Source: Vulcanimicrobiota bacterium
Lineage (GTDB): Bacteria; Vulcanimicrobiota; Xenobia; Xenobiales; JADMJV01
Length of the DNA: 64,000 bases
Direction: 5' to 3'
Assembly (NCBI GenBank): GCA_050250895.1
Contig: JBFWNU010000001.1
Span: 2,628,891 to 2,692,890, forward strand
The position numbers and the translations under genes were made by a program. The notes under the pieces were generated by a model. The model was not told where the DNA came from. It saw only the letters and a list, made by a program, of their open reading frames with translations, and made no database searches. Of the stretch, positions 31,997-42,095 are shown one piece after another (position 1 is the first letter of the stretch; each line of letters begins with the position of its first letter).

Positions 31997-34900
31997 TTGC
32001 TCAATCGACTCGTCCACCTCTCCATCCGGCATCGCTTCTTCGTGGTATTGTTGGCGGGATTACTGGCCATCGGTGGCCTCTACTCCGGCTTCACTCTGCC
32101 TGTCGACGCCGTCCCGGACATTACCACCACCCAGGTGGTAGTCAATACGAGTGCCCCGGCCCTGGCTCCCGAAGAGATCGAGGCCCAACTGACGCGCAGG
32201 CTCGAGCTGTTGCTTTCGGGCTTGCCCCACGTGATCGAAATGAGGAGCATCTCGCAGTTTGGGCTCTCGCAAATCACCCTGGTCTTCGAGGACGGTACCG
32301 ACATCTATTTTGCCCGCCAACTGGTCGGCGAGCGGCTGGCCGAGGCGGACCAGCAGCTGCCGCCAGGCGCCTCCTCTCCCAGCCTGGCTCCGGTGGCCAC
32401 CGGATTGGGCGAGATCTATTATGTCTTTGTCGAGAGCGAGAGCCTGTCGCTGATGGAGCGACGTTCGCTGCTGGACTGGAAGGTCAAACCACGCTTGCGC
32501 ACGGTTCCGGGAGTGATCGAGGTCAACACCTTCGGCGGCCATGTCAAGCAGTATCAAGTGCTGGCCGATCCCTATCGCCTACAGGCCTATGGAGTGAGTC
32601 TGGAACGCCTCGAACAGGCCCTGCGTCAGAACAACCAGAACGCGGGCGGCTCTTACGTTCACAAGGAGGACGAGCAGCAACTGGTGCAGGCCGTCGGCCT
32701 GGTCGAGTCCCTCGACGACCTGCGCAACATCGTGCTGCTGTCCAATGACGGCGTCCCTGTGCTGGTAAAGGATGTGGCCACCGTGTCCTTCGGGGCCGCC
32801 CCCCGCCAGGGCACCATCACCCGCAACGGTCAGGGCGAGGCAGTGGCAGCCATTGCGGTCATGCTGATGGGCGAGAACAGCCGCACCGTGACCGAGCGGG
32901 TCAAGCAAAGAGTGGCCGAAATCCAGCACGAGATGCCTCCGGGAGTGAAGCTGGTAGGCTTTCTCGACCGCACGCGATTGGTCAACGAAACCCTGCATAC
33001 CGCCGGTGAGAACCTGCTCCACGGCGGGGTCCTGGTAGTGTTGGTCCTGTTTCTCTTCCTGCTGCAACTGCGAGCCGGTCTGATCGTGAGTTCCATCATC
33101 CCCATGGCCATGCTGTTCGCGCTGATCGGCATGAGATATCTGGGTATCTCGGCCAACTTGATGAGTCTCGGAGCCATCGACTTCGGCATCGTGGTCGACG
33201 CCGCCGTCATCATCGTCGAGAATTGCGTGCGCCGGTTGGCCGAGCGGCACCATCACCTGGGTCGCGCCCTCTCTTGCCAGGAGCGTCTGGCCGTCATTGA
33301 AGAGGGCGTGGTCGAAGTGCGCCAGGCCAGCCAGTTCGGGGAACTGATCATCATCGCCGCCTATCTGCCGGTCCTTAGTCTCACCGGGGTGGAAGGCAAA
33401 ATGTTTCGGCCCATGGGTATGACCGTGATCCTGGCTCTGCTGGGGGCGGTCTTGCTGTCGGCCACCCTGGTGCCGGCCCTGTGCGCCTACTTCCTCAGCG
33501 AGGATAGCGAGCGCGAGAACCCTTTCCTCGAGAAGCTAAGGCTGCACTATCGCAAGGCCCTTCACCGGGCAATCCCCAACCGGGCCACAGTATTGGGTGT
33601 GGCCCTGGGGACTTTTCTGCTGGCCTGTCTTGCCTTTCCCCACCTGGGGGCCGAGTTTTTGCCCAAGTTGGATGAAGGCGCCATCGCGATCAATCCGGGT
33701 TATCTTCCCGGCATCTCGGTGGAGACTGCCATCGAGCGAGCCACCCTGGTTGAGCAGTATCTGCTGGCCGAGTTTCCGGATGAGATCGACGAGATCGCCA
33801 CCCGCATCGGCCGGCCCGACATCGCCACCGATCCCATGCTACTTTCTCAGCACGACATCTTCATCTCGCTAGAACCCCGCCGCCGCTGGACTCGGGCCTC
33901 CTCTAAGGAAGAACTGGTGGGGGCCATCGAGGCCTCGCTGGTCAACGTCCCGGGAATGAAGATGTCTTTCACCCAGCCCATCGAGATGCGCATGAACGAA
34001 CTCTCCCAGGGGGTCGGCATCCGGGCCGACCTGGGGGTCAAGCTGTTCGGTCCCGACATGGCCATGCTCGGGCGCAAGGCTGTCGAGGTTGCCGACGTCA
34101 TGCGGGCCATCCCGGGAAATGCCGATGTCAGTGTCGAGACCATGGCTGGGCTGCCCACCCTCAAGATTCACACCCGTCGTCGCGATCTGGCCCGGTACGG
34201 TATCAATGTGGACGATGTCAATCAGGTAGTGGCTACCGCCATTGGTGGGGCGGTGGTGGGTCAGGTGCTCGAAGGTGAAGAGGTCTACGACATTTTTCTC
34301 CGCTACCAGGAGCCGTTCCGAAAGGACAAGGAGGCCATCGCGAAGATCCTGGTCGAGAGCAGCAGTGGCCAACTGGCTCCTTTATCGGCCCTGGCCACCA
34401 TCGAAAGCTCCGAAGGGCCGGTGCAGGTCAGCCGTGAGTCGGCCCAGCGCCGAGTGGTCGTTCAGGCCAACGTGCGCGGGCGCGACCTTGGCAGTTTCGT
34501 GGAAGAAGTCCAGCAAACGGTCGAGCAGAAGGTCAAGCTGCCCCCCGGCTATCACATCGAGTGGAGTGGCCAGTATGAGCATCTCCAGTCAGGCAGGGCC
34601 CGACTGGCCATCATCGTGCCCATCACGTTTTGCATTATCTTCCTCTTGCTCTACCTGACCTATGGTAACGCCTTCGATGCCCTAAGGGTGTTCACCGGCA
34701 TTCCCTTTGCCATTACCGGGGGGATCTTTGCACTATTTTTGCGGGGCATGCCCTTCTCCATGTCGGCGGGAGTGGGTTTCATCGCTCTCTCTGGCATTGC
34801 TGTGCTGGCCGACATGGTCATGGTTCAAACCATCCGCCTTTATCTCGATCAGGGGATAGCCCCGGGTCAGGCTATCGAGATGGCCGCCCTCAACCGGCTT

Positions 34901-35104
34901 CGGCCGGTATTGATGACGGCTGCCGTGGCCGCCATCGGTTTCCTTCCCATGGCCTTGTCGAGTGGCACCGGAGCCGAGGTCCAGAAGCCACTGGCCACGG
35001 TGGTCATCGGCGGCCTGATTAGCTCCACTCTGCTGACCCTGCTGGTGCTGCCCGCCCTCTACTCTTACCTTCAGGACCGAAAGGAGGCTCCTACCGTGGA
35101 CTGA
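31997..35104 (+). CDS. czcA: CzcA/CusA family heavy-metal RND permease
   Basis: PVDAVPDIT, TGLGEIY, TM4 AIDFGIVVDAAVIIVEN (divalent-cation type), RLRPVLMTA, GAEVQKPLATVVIGG. Confidence 0.92.
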   Translation: MLNRLVHLSIRHRFFVVLLAGLLAIGGLYSGFTLPVDAVPDITTTQVVVNTSAPALAPEEIEAQLTRRLELLLSGLPHVIEMRSISQFGLSQITLVFEDGTDIYFARQLVGERLAEADQQLPPGASSPSLAPVATGLGEIYYVFVESESLSLMERRSLLDWKVKPRLRTVPGVIEVNTFGGHVKQYQVLADPYRLQAYGVSLERLEQALRQNNQNAGGSYVHKEDEQQLVQAVGLVESLDDLRNIVLLSNDGVPVLVKDVATVSFGAAPRQGTITRNGQGEAVAAIAVMLMGENSRTVTERVKQRVAEIQHEMPPGVKLVGFLDRTRLVNETLHTAGENLLHGGVLVVLVLFLFLLQLRAGLIVSSIIPMAMLFALIGMRYLGISANLMSLGAIDFGIVVDAAVIIVENCVRRLAERHHHLGRALSCQERLAVIEEGVVEVRQASQFGELIIIAAYLPVLSLTGVEGKMFRPMGMTVILALLGAVLLSATLVPALCAYFLSEDSERENPFLEKLRLHYRKALHRAIPNRATVLGVALGTFLLACLAFPHLGAEFLPKLDEGAIAINPGYLPGISVETAIERATLVEQYLLAEFPDEIDEIATRIGRPDIATDPMLLSQHDIFISLEPRRRWTRASSKEELVGAIEASLVNVPGMKMSFTQPIEMRMNELSQGVGIRADLGVKLFGPDMAMLGRKAVEVADVMRAIPGNADVSVETMAGLPTLKIHTRRRDLARYGINVDDVNQVVATAIGGAVVGQVLEGEEVYDIFLRYQEPFRKDKEAIAKILVESSSGQLAPLSALATIESSEGPVQVSRESAQRRVVVQANVRGRDLGSFVEEVQQTVEQKVKLPPGYHIEWSGQYEHLQSGRARLAIIVPITFCIIFLLLYLTYGNAFDALRVFTGIPFAITGGIFALFLRGMPFSMSAGVGFIALSGIAVLADMVMVQTIRLYLDQGIAPGQAIEMAALNRLRPVLMTAAVAAIGFLPMALSSGTGAEVQKPLATVVIGGLISSTLLTLLVLPALYSYLQDRKEAPTVD

Positions 35105-35150
35105 CAGCCAGGACGTCTCTTGCCCCAACCTAACTCGAAAAGGAGATCCC

Positions 35151-35468
35151 ATGAAAAAGACCATTTCCATTGTTCTCGTCGTGCTGGCAGCCCTGCTGTG
35201 CGGCTGCGCCAACAACCACCCCGAGCAACCCGTCGCCGACGCCACCATTCAGGCCAGTCCAACCGCTCGGGCCGCCTACGTCTATGACCTGGGCAGCAAG
35301 AAAAAAGGCGACATGGGCCTGTGCGTGATTTGTAGTGTCGACAAAGGCGAGGCGCACGAGGAGGCGGCGGCCGAAAGTATAGACTACGAAGGTAAGACCT
35401 ACCTCTTCTGCAACGAGCAAGAGAAGGCTACCTTCATCTCGGAGCCCTCGAAATACGCGGCCAAGTAA
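35151..35468 (+). CDS. YHS-domain lipoprotein
   Basis: Lipobox LCGC; CVIC...YEGKTYLFC...F...PSKY; AAGGAG SD. Confidence 0.82.
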   Translation: MKKTISIVLVVLAALLCGCANNHPEQPVADATIQASPTARAAYVYDLGSKKKGDMGLCVICSVDKGEAHEEAAAESIDYEGKTYLFCNEQEKATFISEPSKYAAK

Positions 35469-35470
35469 GC

Positions 35471-36721
35471 ATGAGCGGGAGAGTTGGTTGGAAGCTTCTG
35501 CTGCTGGTTTTCTGGCTGGCTTCTCCCGCTGGTGCTGACCCATTGTGGCCCGATGAGGCGGTCCGTCTGGCCTTGCAGATCGACCCGCGCCTGCAGCGCG
35601 AACGAGCCCTGGTGGAGGGGGCGCGGGCCTACAGCCAGGGAGCCGGCGCCCTGCCCAATCCCGTGTTGCAGCTTTCGGCCGTGGACGGAAGCTCACCGGA
35701 GGACAGCAACTCCTTGACCCAGACTCTCGAGATCGCCGGCCAGCCGTACCTGCGGGGCCAGGCCGCGGCCCGCGACCACCAGATCGCCCTGGCCGGCTTC
35801 GAGAAGACCCGGCGTGAGGTGATTCGCGAGGCGGCACGAGCCTACTATGACTACTGGGAAGCCCTGGCCGTGGCGCGACTGTATGCAGGCCAGCTCGACT
35901 TTGCCACCAGGCTGCAAGACATCGCCGAAAAACGTCTGGCCGCCGGCGAGATTTCGTCTCAGGAGAAGCTGCGCGTCGAGCAAAACCGCGCTGAGGTCGA
36001 GGTGGCCGTCGTGAGCATCAACGGCCAGCTGGCCGTGGCTCGGCGCCGGCTCGAGGCCATGTTGGCCGACCAATCCTTCAGGTTACCCTCGACCGAGGAG
36101 CCCGTTCCCGACGCCCCGGCCTTCGCCGGGCTCACCAGCGATCAGTTCCAAGAACTCGAATTGGGGCTGGTGACCCGCCCTGAACTCGTGGCCGCCCAGC
36201 GGGCCGCCGAGCGAGACGACTTCGCGGCCCGCCTGGCGGGGCGAGCGGGAGCCCCTGACTTGCAGGTCAGCGCCTACCGCTCCAGCCTCGGCAATCTGGC
36301 CAACCAGGGAATCCAGTTTTCGCTGGTCGTTCCCCTGTTTGACTGGGGACGAACCGGAGCCGAGGCGGCCCGTCGCAGAAAAGTGGCCGAGGCTCGGGTT
36401 TACGAGGTTTTCGCCGTCCGGCGTCAGGTCGGCCTGGAACTCTATTCGGCCTTTAATGCCTACCAGATAGCCCGACAAAAGCGCGACCTGACCCGTCAAC
36501 TGGCCGGCAACTATCTGCACTTCATGCAGGTCACGCACCAGGGCTACGCCATCGGGCTGCTCTCGTTCGTGGAAGTCTTCGACGCGCAGTCCGCCAATCT
36601 GCGTGGCTTTGAGTCATACCTCCGGGCTGAAGCCGAGTTCAGACGCGCCCAGGTCGAACTCTGGTGGGCCTCTGGTCTCGACTACGGGCCGAGCCGCGCC
36701 GACGAGGCGGCCGCGCTATGA
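35471..36721 (+). CDS. TolC/CzcC-family outer membrane factor
   Basis: Signal peptide, ALPNPVL, two helical repeats, VPLFDW, YAIGLLSFVEVFDAQ. Confidence 0.88.
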   Translation: MSGRVGWKLLLLVFWLASPAGADPLWPDEAVRLALQIDPRLQRERALVEGARAYSQGAGALPNPVLQLSAVDGSSPEDSNSLTQTLEIAGQPYLRGQAAARDHQIALAGFEKTRREVIREAARAYYDYWEALAVARLYAGQLDFATRLQDIAEKRLAAGEISSQEKLRVEQNRAEVEVAVVSINGQLAVARRRLEAMLADQSFRLPSTEEPVPDAPAFAGLTSDQFQELELGLVTRPELVAAQRAAERDDFAARLAGRAGAPDLQVSAYRSSLGNLANQGIQFSLVVPLFDWGRTGAEAARRRKVAEARVYEVFAVRRQVGLELYSAFNAYQIARQKRDLTRQLAGNYLHFMQVTHQGYAIGLLSFVEVFDAQSANLRGFESYLRAEAEFRRAQVELWWASGLDYGPSRADEAAAL

Positions 36722-36906
36722 ACTCTACGATCTGGTTCGTAAACCTACAATGTTCACCGGAAAGTGTCGGTTTCAAGGCTTTGAAGGTTGGTTTCGCTTG
36801 TTAAATGTCTGTATCAATCTTGTGATTGTGTCTAGATTTTAACATTCCTCCGTTAGAGTGTTCCCAGAGGCTCCGGAAGCAACCGGGCCCAAAGCAGGAG
36901 GAAACA

Positions 36907-37503
36907 ATGCAAGTCTCAGCTCTCAACCACACCAACGTAGTAAACCGGCCCTTCGAGTGGGCCGAGAATGTGTCTCTCGAGGCTCCGCCGGAGCAACCAC
37001 AAATGAGCCCCGAGCTGCGTAACTATTATCGAAACGCGGCTGACGATGTCCAATCCTTGCGGACCACTACCGCCCGCCCTCTGCCCATTCCCCAGCAGGT
37101 CATTCCCAACGGGGATTCCACCTGGAAAAGCAAGCCGGACTCGATGTTCTCGTTTCTGTGCGACGAGTGGACCTGGTCGGTGACCCGAACCGACGATCAG
37201 CTCCGCATGTTCTGTCCGGGCTGCGACCGGCAGGGCAACAATCAAGACAAGCAGATCGTCTTGCAGAACAACCCCGACGGTTCGACCACCCTCAAGATCC
37301 AGTTCGACGGTCAATGGCTGCCCGACGTCAAGGGGCGGGTCGAGCAGACTCGTAACGGCATGGTGTTCGTGGGCGAGAACGGCATGCGCATCGAGATGCG
37401 CAACACCCGCGACGGGTTCGATCTATCCTTCGACGGAATGGAAAAGCTGCCGGGCAAGTTGCCTAAGCTCAACGGCGAGACCATCAAGTTCCGGCGCGGC
37501 TAG
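36907..37503 (+). CDS. Hypothetical protein (no Sec signal; MQV- N-terminus; beta-rich C-terminus)
   Basis: AGGAGG SD then ATG 36907; good codon bias; CPGC motif. Confidence 0.7.
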   Translation: MQVSALNHTNVVNRPFEWAENVSLEAPPEQPQMSPELRNYYRNAADDVQSLRTTTARPLPIPQQVIPNGDSTWKSKPDSMFSFLCDEWTWSVTRTDDQLRMFCPGCDRQGNNQDKQIVLQNNPDGSTTLKIQFDGQWLPDVKGRVEQTRNGMVFVGENGMRIEMRNTRDGFDLSFDGMEKLPGKLPKLNGETIKFRRG

Positions 37504-37561
37504 CCGGAGGTTGTCTCGCTTTGGTCGTCGTGGTAGATTCGATGTAGATACGGAGGCGGGA

Positions 37562-37804
37562 TTGAAGACACAACTGGCAATGTGGGGCAATAGCCTGGCC
37601 GTTAGGATACCCAGGGCGCTAACCGAGGAACTCTCCCTGATGAAGGGTGTCGAGGTCGATCTTCAGGTCGAGGACGGGCGTCTCGTCGTCGTGCCGACCA
37701 GGCGGCCCCACTATGAACTGGGTGATCTGGTTCGCGAGATCACCGACGAGAATCGCCACCCGCAGCTCGACTGGGGCGAGGCGAGGGGGGAGGAGGCGTG
37801 GTGA
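37562..37804 (+). CDS. mazE: MazE/AbrB antitoxin
   Basis: MWGNSLAVRIP...DWGEARGEEAW; GGAGG then TTG. Confidence 0.88.
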   Translation: MKTQLAMWGNSLAVRIPRALTEELSLMKGVEVDLQVEDGRLVVVPTRRPHYELGDLVREITDENRHPQLDWGEARGEEAW

Positions 37805-38011
37805 GTGGCTCTGTTTTGCCCCGTCACTTCACGGCGGAAAGGCTACCCTTTCGAGGTTCCCCTGCCGACTGGCGGGCCTGTAGCCGGGGTCGTGCTAGCC
37901 GACCAGGTTCGTTGTCTGGATTGGAGGGCGCGGCGCGCTGACCTGATTGCCACCGCCGAGGCATCTCTGGTGGAAGAGGTGGTGGCCCGCGTAGAGGCGC
38001 TGATCCGCTAG
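37798..38011 (+). pseudogene. mazF: MazF toxin with internal N-terminal deletion
   Basis: Only the C-terminal half remains (ALFCPVTSRRKGYPFEV...LADQVRCLDWRAR); the GDxxW...GxEQxGxRP segment is absent. Confidence 0.78.
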
Positions 38012-40566
38012 TGGCCATCCCCCAGCAACCCGGGAAAAGACTTGACCAGGGCCGGCAGCCAGACTACCGCTGCCACCAGGTTGGCGCTCACCCCGACGGC
38101 CATCACAAAGCCCAGGGTAGCGATACCCAGGTGGTCGGCGGTCATCAGGGTGCCAAAGCCCAGCACGGTGGAAAGGGCTGACAGGGCCACCGCCGGCCCG
38201 GTGGAGTGGGCGAATAACGAGCCGCCCTCTTCGAGCAAGCGATGGACGACATGCACGCCAAACACCAGACCGATGCCCAACGTCAGCGGCAAAGCCATGC
38301 AGTTGGCGGCATTGAAGCGGACTCCGCTCAGGCCCATCGCGCCCAGCATCCAGATGACCCCCACCACCTTGGGAAAGAGGGCCAAAAGAGCCAGCCGCAG
38401 CGAGCGAAAGTGAAGCAGCAGCAACAGGCAGATGACGATCAGGGCGTTGCGGCCGGCTTCTTCATAGGCCGTGCGTAGCGCCTCGAGATAGTGATAGATC
38501 AACACCGGGCTGCCGGTCACGCCGGGGTCGACCTGGTGAAGTTGAGCGAGAAAGTCTTCCAGTTGTTCGCGCTGCCACAGGTCGTGGCGGGGTTGGATCC
38601 GCAAGAGCAGACGCCCTGAGCGGCCCAGGTAGCGAGCGCGCAGGGTGGTGGGGAGGTCTTCGAGGGTGAGGGGGCCGGCGGCCGTCTGAGCTTTGAGGCC
38701 CTCGAGGGAGTCGCGCAGATCCGAGAGCAGGTGGCCCTCGAACGCCTCGATGCTGTCTTGAATGGGGCCGGGACCCATCGGCTCGACCGCCTTCTCGATG
38801 CGCTCGAGGAGCTGGCGGCTGCGCTCGACCTCGGGCGAGTCGGGCAACCCTTCGAGGTTGCGGCGCAGGCCGGCTCGAGCTCGCTTGAACGAACGCTCGA
38901 GGCTGGTCAGCGAGGTGGTGGTGGGCTGGGGTAGGGGCAGGCTGGCGGCCACTTCGACCACCGCCTCTACCCGCTCTTGCTTGCCCTCCTCAGCGCGGGG
39001 CAGAAAGGGAGCCAGCGAGCTGGTGCTGAGTACCCCGGGCAGGCGCTCGAAACGCTCGCGCAGTTCATAGAGTTGGTCGAGGTCGTCGGCCACGGCCACG
39101 GCCCGCAGGCTGCACCACTCCAGCTGCCGTTCGACTCGGGCCGAGGTCGATTCCGGGCTCTGCATATTGAGCAGATTGTAGTCAAAGCTCACTCGAGGCA
39201 GCCAGACCAGGGCTAGCACCGTGACCACCAGGCAGAGCTTGTGGACCAGGCCGGGTTGCTCGGCTAGCCATTGCTCTCCCCGGGCCAGGTTGGTCCAGTG
39301 GAAGGAGGGAGCTTTTTTGTGGCCTTTTCGCTCGCCCAGGGTGAGCAGGGCCGGCAGGGCCACGACGATGATGGCAAAGCAGATGAGCACACCCAGACCG
39401 GCGATCAAGCCGAGTTCGCCCACGGCTCGAAACGAGGTGGGTAAGAGGGCGAAGAAGGCCACGGCGGTGGCCACAGCGCCGGTGAAGTTCTCGACCCCCG
39501 AGGTGGCCATGGTGGTCTCGAGGGCGGGCAGGGTGTCGAGCTTCTGGCGCTCTTCTTCATAGCGATAAAGGATGTGCACGCCGAAGTCGATTCCCAGCCC
39601 GACCAGGATCGAGACGAAATTGACGGTGATGAGATTGAGGTGCTCGACCGAGAGCGAAGCCACTCCGATCGAGATGGTGATGCCGGCCAGCAGGCTGAGA
39701 ATGGCCAGATTGGGGCGCCGAAACTCGCCGAAGGCAAAGGTGAACAGCAGGTTGCAACAGATGACCGACAGGATGGCTGAACGGATGGCGTCGCGGGTGG
39801 TGGTGGCGGCGTCTTCGGCTTCGAGCAGCGACTCGCCGGTGAGCGAACCCTGGATCTGGGTGCCTGAACAAACCCGGGTGATCAGTTCGTGACTGACTTT
39901 GGCAGCCGCCATCGGATCGTCGGTTTCGAACAGCAACAGATGGGTCGAGGGCAGGGTGAAATAGAACACCCGGGGCGGTCTGGGGTGTTCAAACGGGCTG
40001 CGGTAAGGGCTGCGCCCGCGCGACTCGAAGCTTTCGGCCAGTTGCTCGAGGATGCCGTTGAGCAGCGGCAGAGATTCTTCAAGGTCATGCGGCTTTTCCA
40101 GGTGGGCCAGGAGGCCGGCCAGACCCTGGTTGGAAAGGGCCGTCAGAAAAGGGCGGGCCCCGCGCAGTTCGTCGGCCAGCTCGTCGAGTTTGGGGTTGGA
40201 GAGAAAATACAGGCCACGCTCTTGGATCTGGGGCAACTCGACCCGGCCCAGCACCCGGTGAAAGAGCTCAGGGCGCTGCTGGAGCAACTGCTCGAGGCGG
40301 GTGATGGCCTCTTCGCGCTCGGCCTCACCGCCGCCCTGAAGAAGGATGACCAGGTCCCGGCTCTCGTCAAACTCCTGGCGAAAATCGCGAAAGAGAGCCT
40401 GGACGGGGTGGTCGGCCCGGAGCAGATTGGTGCGATCGCTCGAGAAAGACAGGTGGCCGGCCGCCAAGCAGCCAGCCAATCCCGTCAGCAGAGCCACTAC
40501 CAACAGGGCGATCCGAGGGGCCGTGTGGACCGCTCGGGTCAGCCCCACCAGCAGCCGCTCGATCAC
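38008..40566 (-). CDS. MMPL/RND lipid transporter (HpnN-like)
   Basis: Two RND repeats; ILVGLGIDFGVHIL; FDYNLLNMQ; LGIGLVFGVHVV. GTGA-coupled to the crt genes. Confidence 0.85.
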   Translation of the reverse strand: MIERLLVGLTRAVHTAPRIALLVVALLTGLAGCLAAGHLSFSSDRTNLLRADHPVQALFRDFRQEFDESRDLVILLQGGGEAEREEAITRLEQLLQQRPELFHRVLGRVELPQIQERGLYFLSNPKLDELADELRGARPFLTALSNQGLAGLLAHLEKPHDLEESLPLLNGILEQLAESFESRGRSPYRSPFEHPRPPRVFYFTLPSTHLLLFETDDPMAAAKVSHELITRVCSGTQIQGSLTGESLLEAEDAATTTRDAIRSAILSVICCNLLFTFAFGEFRRPNLAILSLLAGITISIGVASLSVEHLNLITVNFVSILVGLGIDFGVHILYRYEEERQKLDTLPALETTMATSGVENFTGAVATAVAFFALLPTSFRAVGELGLIAGLGVLICFAIIVVALPALLTLGERKGHKKAPSFHWTNLARGEQWLAEQPGLVHKLCLVVTVLALVWLPRVSFDYNLLNMQSPESTSARVERQLEWCSLRAVAVADDLDQLYELRERFERLPGVLSTSSLAPFLPRAEEGKQERVEAVVEVAASLPLPQPTTTSLTSLERSFKRARAGLRRNLEGLPDSPEVERSRQLLERIEKAVEPMGPGPIQDSIEAFEGHLLSDLRDSLEGLKAQTAAGPLTLEDLPTTLRARYLGRSGRLLLRIQPRHDLWQREQLEDFLAQLHQVDPGVTGSPVLIYHYLEALRTAYEEAGRNALIVICLLLLLHFRSLRLALLALFPKVVGVIWMLGAMGLSGVRFNAANCMALPLTLGIGLVFGVHVVHRLLEEGGSLFAHSTGPAVALSALSTVLGFGTLMTADHLGIATLGFVMAVGVSANLVAAVVWLPALVKSFPGLLGDGH

Positions 40567-42095
40567 GACACGGCCGCGACCGCCGGTTCACCCTTCTCGA
40601 CAAAACCGTCCTGGTCGAGAGCGTCGGCGGCGATCCAGCCCGACATGGTCACCATCGGCATGCCCGGGCCCGGATGGGCAGCCCCACCGGCCAGATAGAG
40701 ACCTTTGAGCTCGCGGCGGTTGCCGGGCTTGAAGGCTCCGTTCATCTTGCCGTGGCTGGCCAGACCATAGATGGCGCCGTCGAGCACGGCGTAGCGATCG
40801 TGAATGTCCTGCGGGGTGAGATGGTGCTCGACCTTGATGCGACTCTCGAGGTCTTTCATGCCGGCCGTGCGCTCGAGCTTGTCGATGATGGTCTTGCGAT
40901 ACTCGGGCAGCATCTTGTTCCAGTCGTGGTGCTTGCGCAGATAAGGAGTGTGCACCAGCACATAGAGGGCGTCGCCACCGGCCGGAGCCACGCCCGGCTC
41001 GGTGATGGCCGGTGCGGCCAGATAACAGGTCGGGTCGGGAGCCGGTTCGCCCTTGTGATAGATGAAGTCGAACTCTTCCTCGGGGTCTTTCGAGAAGACG
41101 AAATCGTGGTGCGCCAGCTGCTCGTAACGCTGGTCGAGGCCCCAATAGAAGACCACCCCTGAACAGGCGGGCTCATACTCGCGCTTGCCTTCGAACTTTT
41201 TGGCCAGGTCGCCGCCCAGCAGTTCGCGATAGGTGCGCACCGAGTCCATGTTCGAGACCACCGCCGCTAGCTCGAGGGTCTCGCCTCCGGCCAGTTGCAC
41301 GCCGGTCACCTGACCCGAGTGGTGCAAAATCTTGTCGACCTTGACGCCGGTGCGGAACTCGACGCCCAGTTCGTCGGCCAGCTTCTTGAGGGCCACCGGC
41401 ACGGCCCGGGTGCCGCCCATGGGATACCAGACGCCCTCGGTGGTCTGCATGTGAGCGATACCGCAGAGCACGGCCGGAGCGGCTTCGGGCGAGGAGCCGA
41501 CGTATTGCACGAAGTGATCGAGCATCTGGGCCACTCGCTCGTCTTTGATAAACGAGCGCACCGTGCTCGAGACGGTCTGGCCCGGGCGCATCTGCAAGAA
41601 GTTCTTGAGCGAGGACAGGCTGGTGAAGTCGGAGGGCTCGATGATGTCCCAGACCGAGTCGACCGGACGCCAGAAGAAGTAGTTCTCGCTGAGCTTGTGC
41701 AAAGTCTCGGCCAGCACCAGAAACTTCTTGTAGCTGGCGGGGTCGGCTTTGTGGTGGCTGAAATCCTGCAGCGTTTTGGTCATCCCGTCGAGCGATTCGG
41801 TCAGATCGAGCACCGAGCCGTCGTCGAAGAACGAGCGCCACTGAGGGTCGAGGCGAACCAGGTCGAGGCGATCCTCCATCTTCAGTCCGGCCTCTTCGAA
41901 GACCCGTCGCAGCACCGACGGCAGGGTCAAGATGGTGGGCCCCATGTCGAACCGAAAGCCGTCTTTCTCCCAGACGGCCGCTTTGCCGCCCAGCCAATCG
42001 TTGCGCTCGAGCACCACCACGGAATAGCCCCGGGCGGCCAGCGTGCAGGCTGCGGATAGTCCGGCCAGGCCGGCTCCAATGACTCCTACTTTCAT
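40563..42095 (-). CDS. CrtI-family FAD oxidoreductase, probably CrtP/CrtNb-type diapocarotenoid oxidase
   Basis: VIGAGLAGL, FRFDMGPTILT, EPACSG, GAIYG, GGAAHPGPGMPMVTMSG. Confidence 0.82.
   Translation of the reverse strand: MKVGVIGAGLAGLSAACTLAARGYSVVVLERNDWLGGKAAVWEKDGFRFDMGPTILTLPSVLRRVFEEAGLKMEDRLDLVRLDPQWRSFFDDGSVLDLTESLDGMTKTLQDFSHHKADPASYKKFLVLAETLHKLSENYFFWRPVDSVWDIIEPSDFTSLSSLKNFLQMRPGQTVSSTVRSFIKDERVAQMLDHFVQYVGSSPEAAPAVLCGIAHMQTTEGVWYPMGGTRAVPVALKKLADELGVEFRTGVKVDKILHHSGQVTGVQLAGGETLELAAVVSNMDSVRTYRELLGGDLAKKFEGKREYEPACSGVVFYWGLDQRYEQLAHHDFVFSKDPEEEFDFIYHKGEPAPDPTCYLAAPAITEPGVAPAGGDALYVLVHTPYLRKHHDWNKMLPEYRKTIIDKLERTAGMKDLESRIKVEHHLTPQDIHDRYAVLDGAIYGLASHGKMNGAFKPGNRRELKGLYLAGGAAHPGPGMPMVTMSGWIAADALDQDGFVEKGEPAVAAVS

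Noticed and set aside
37798-37810. Programmed frameshift restoring MazF
   Set aside because: The missing ~40 codons are not present in any frame.
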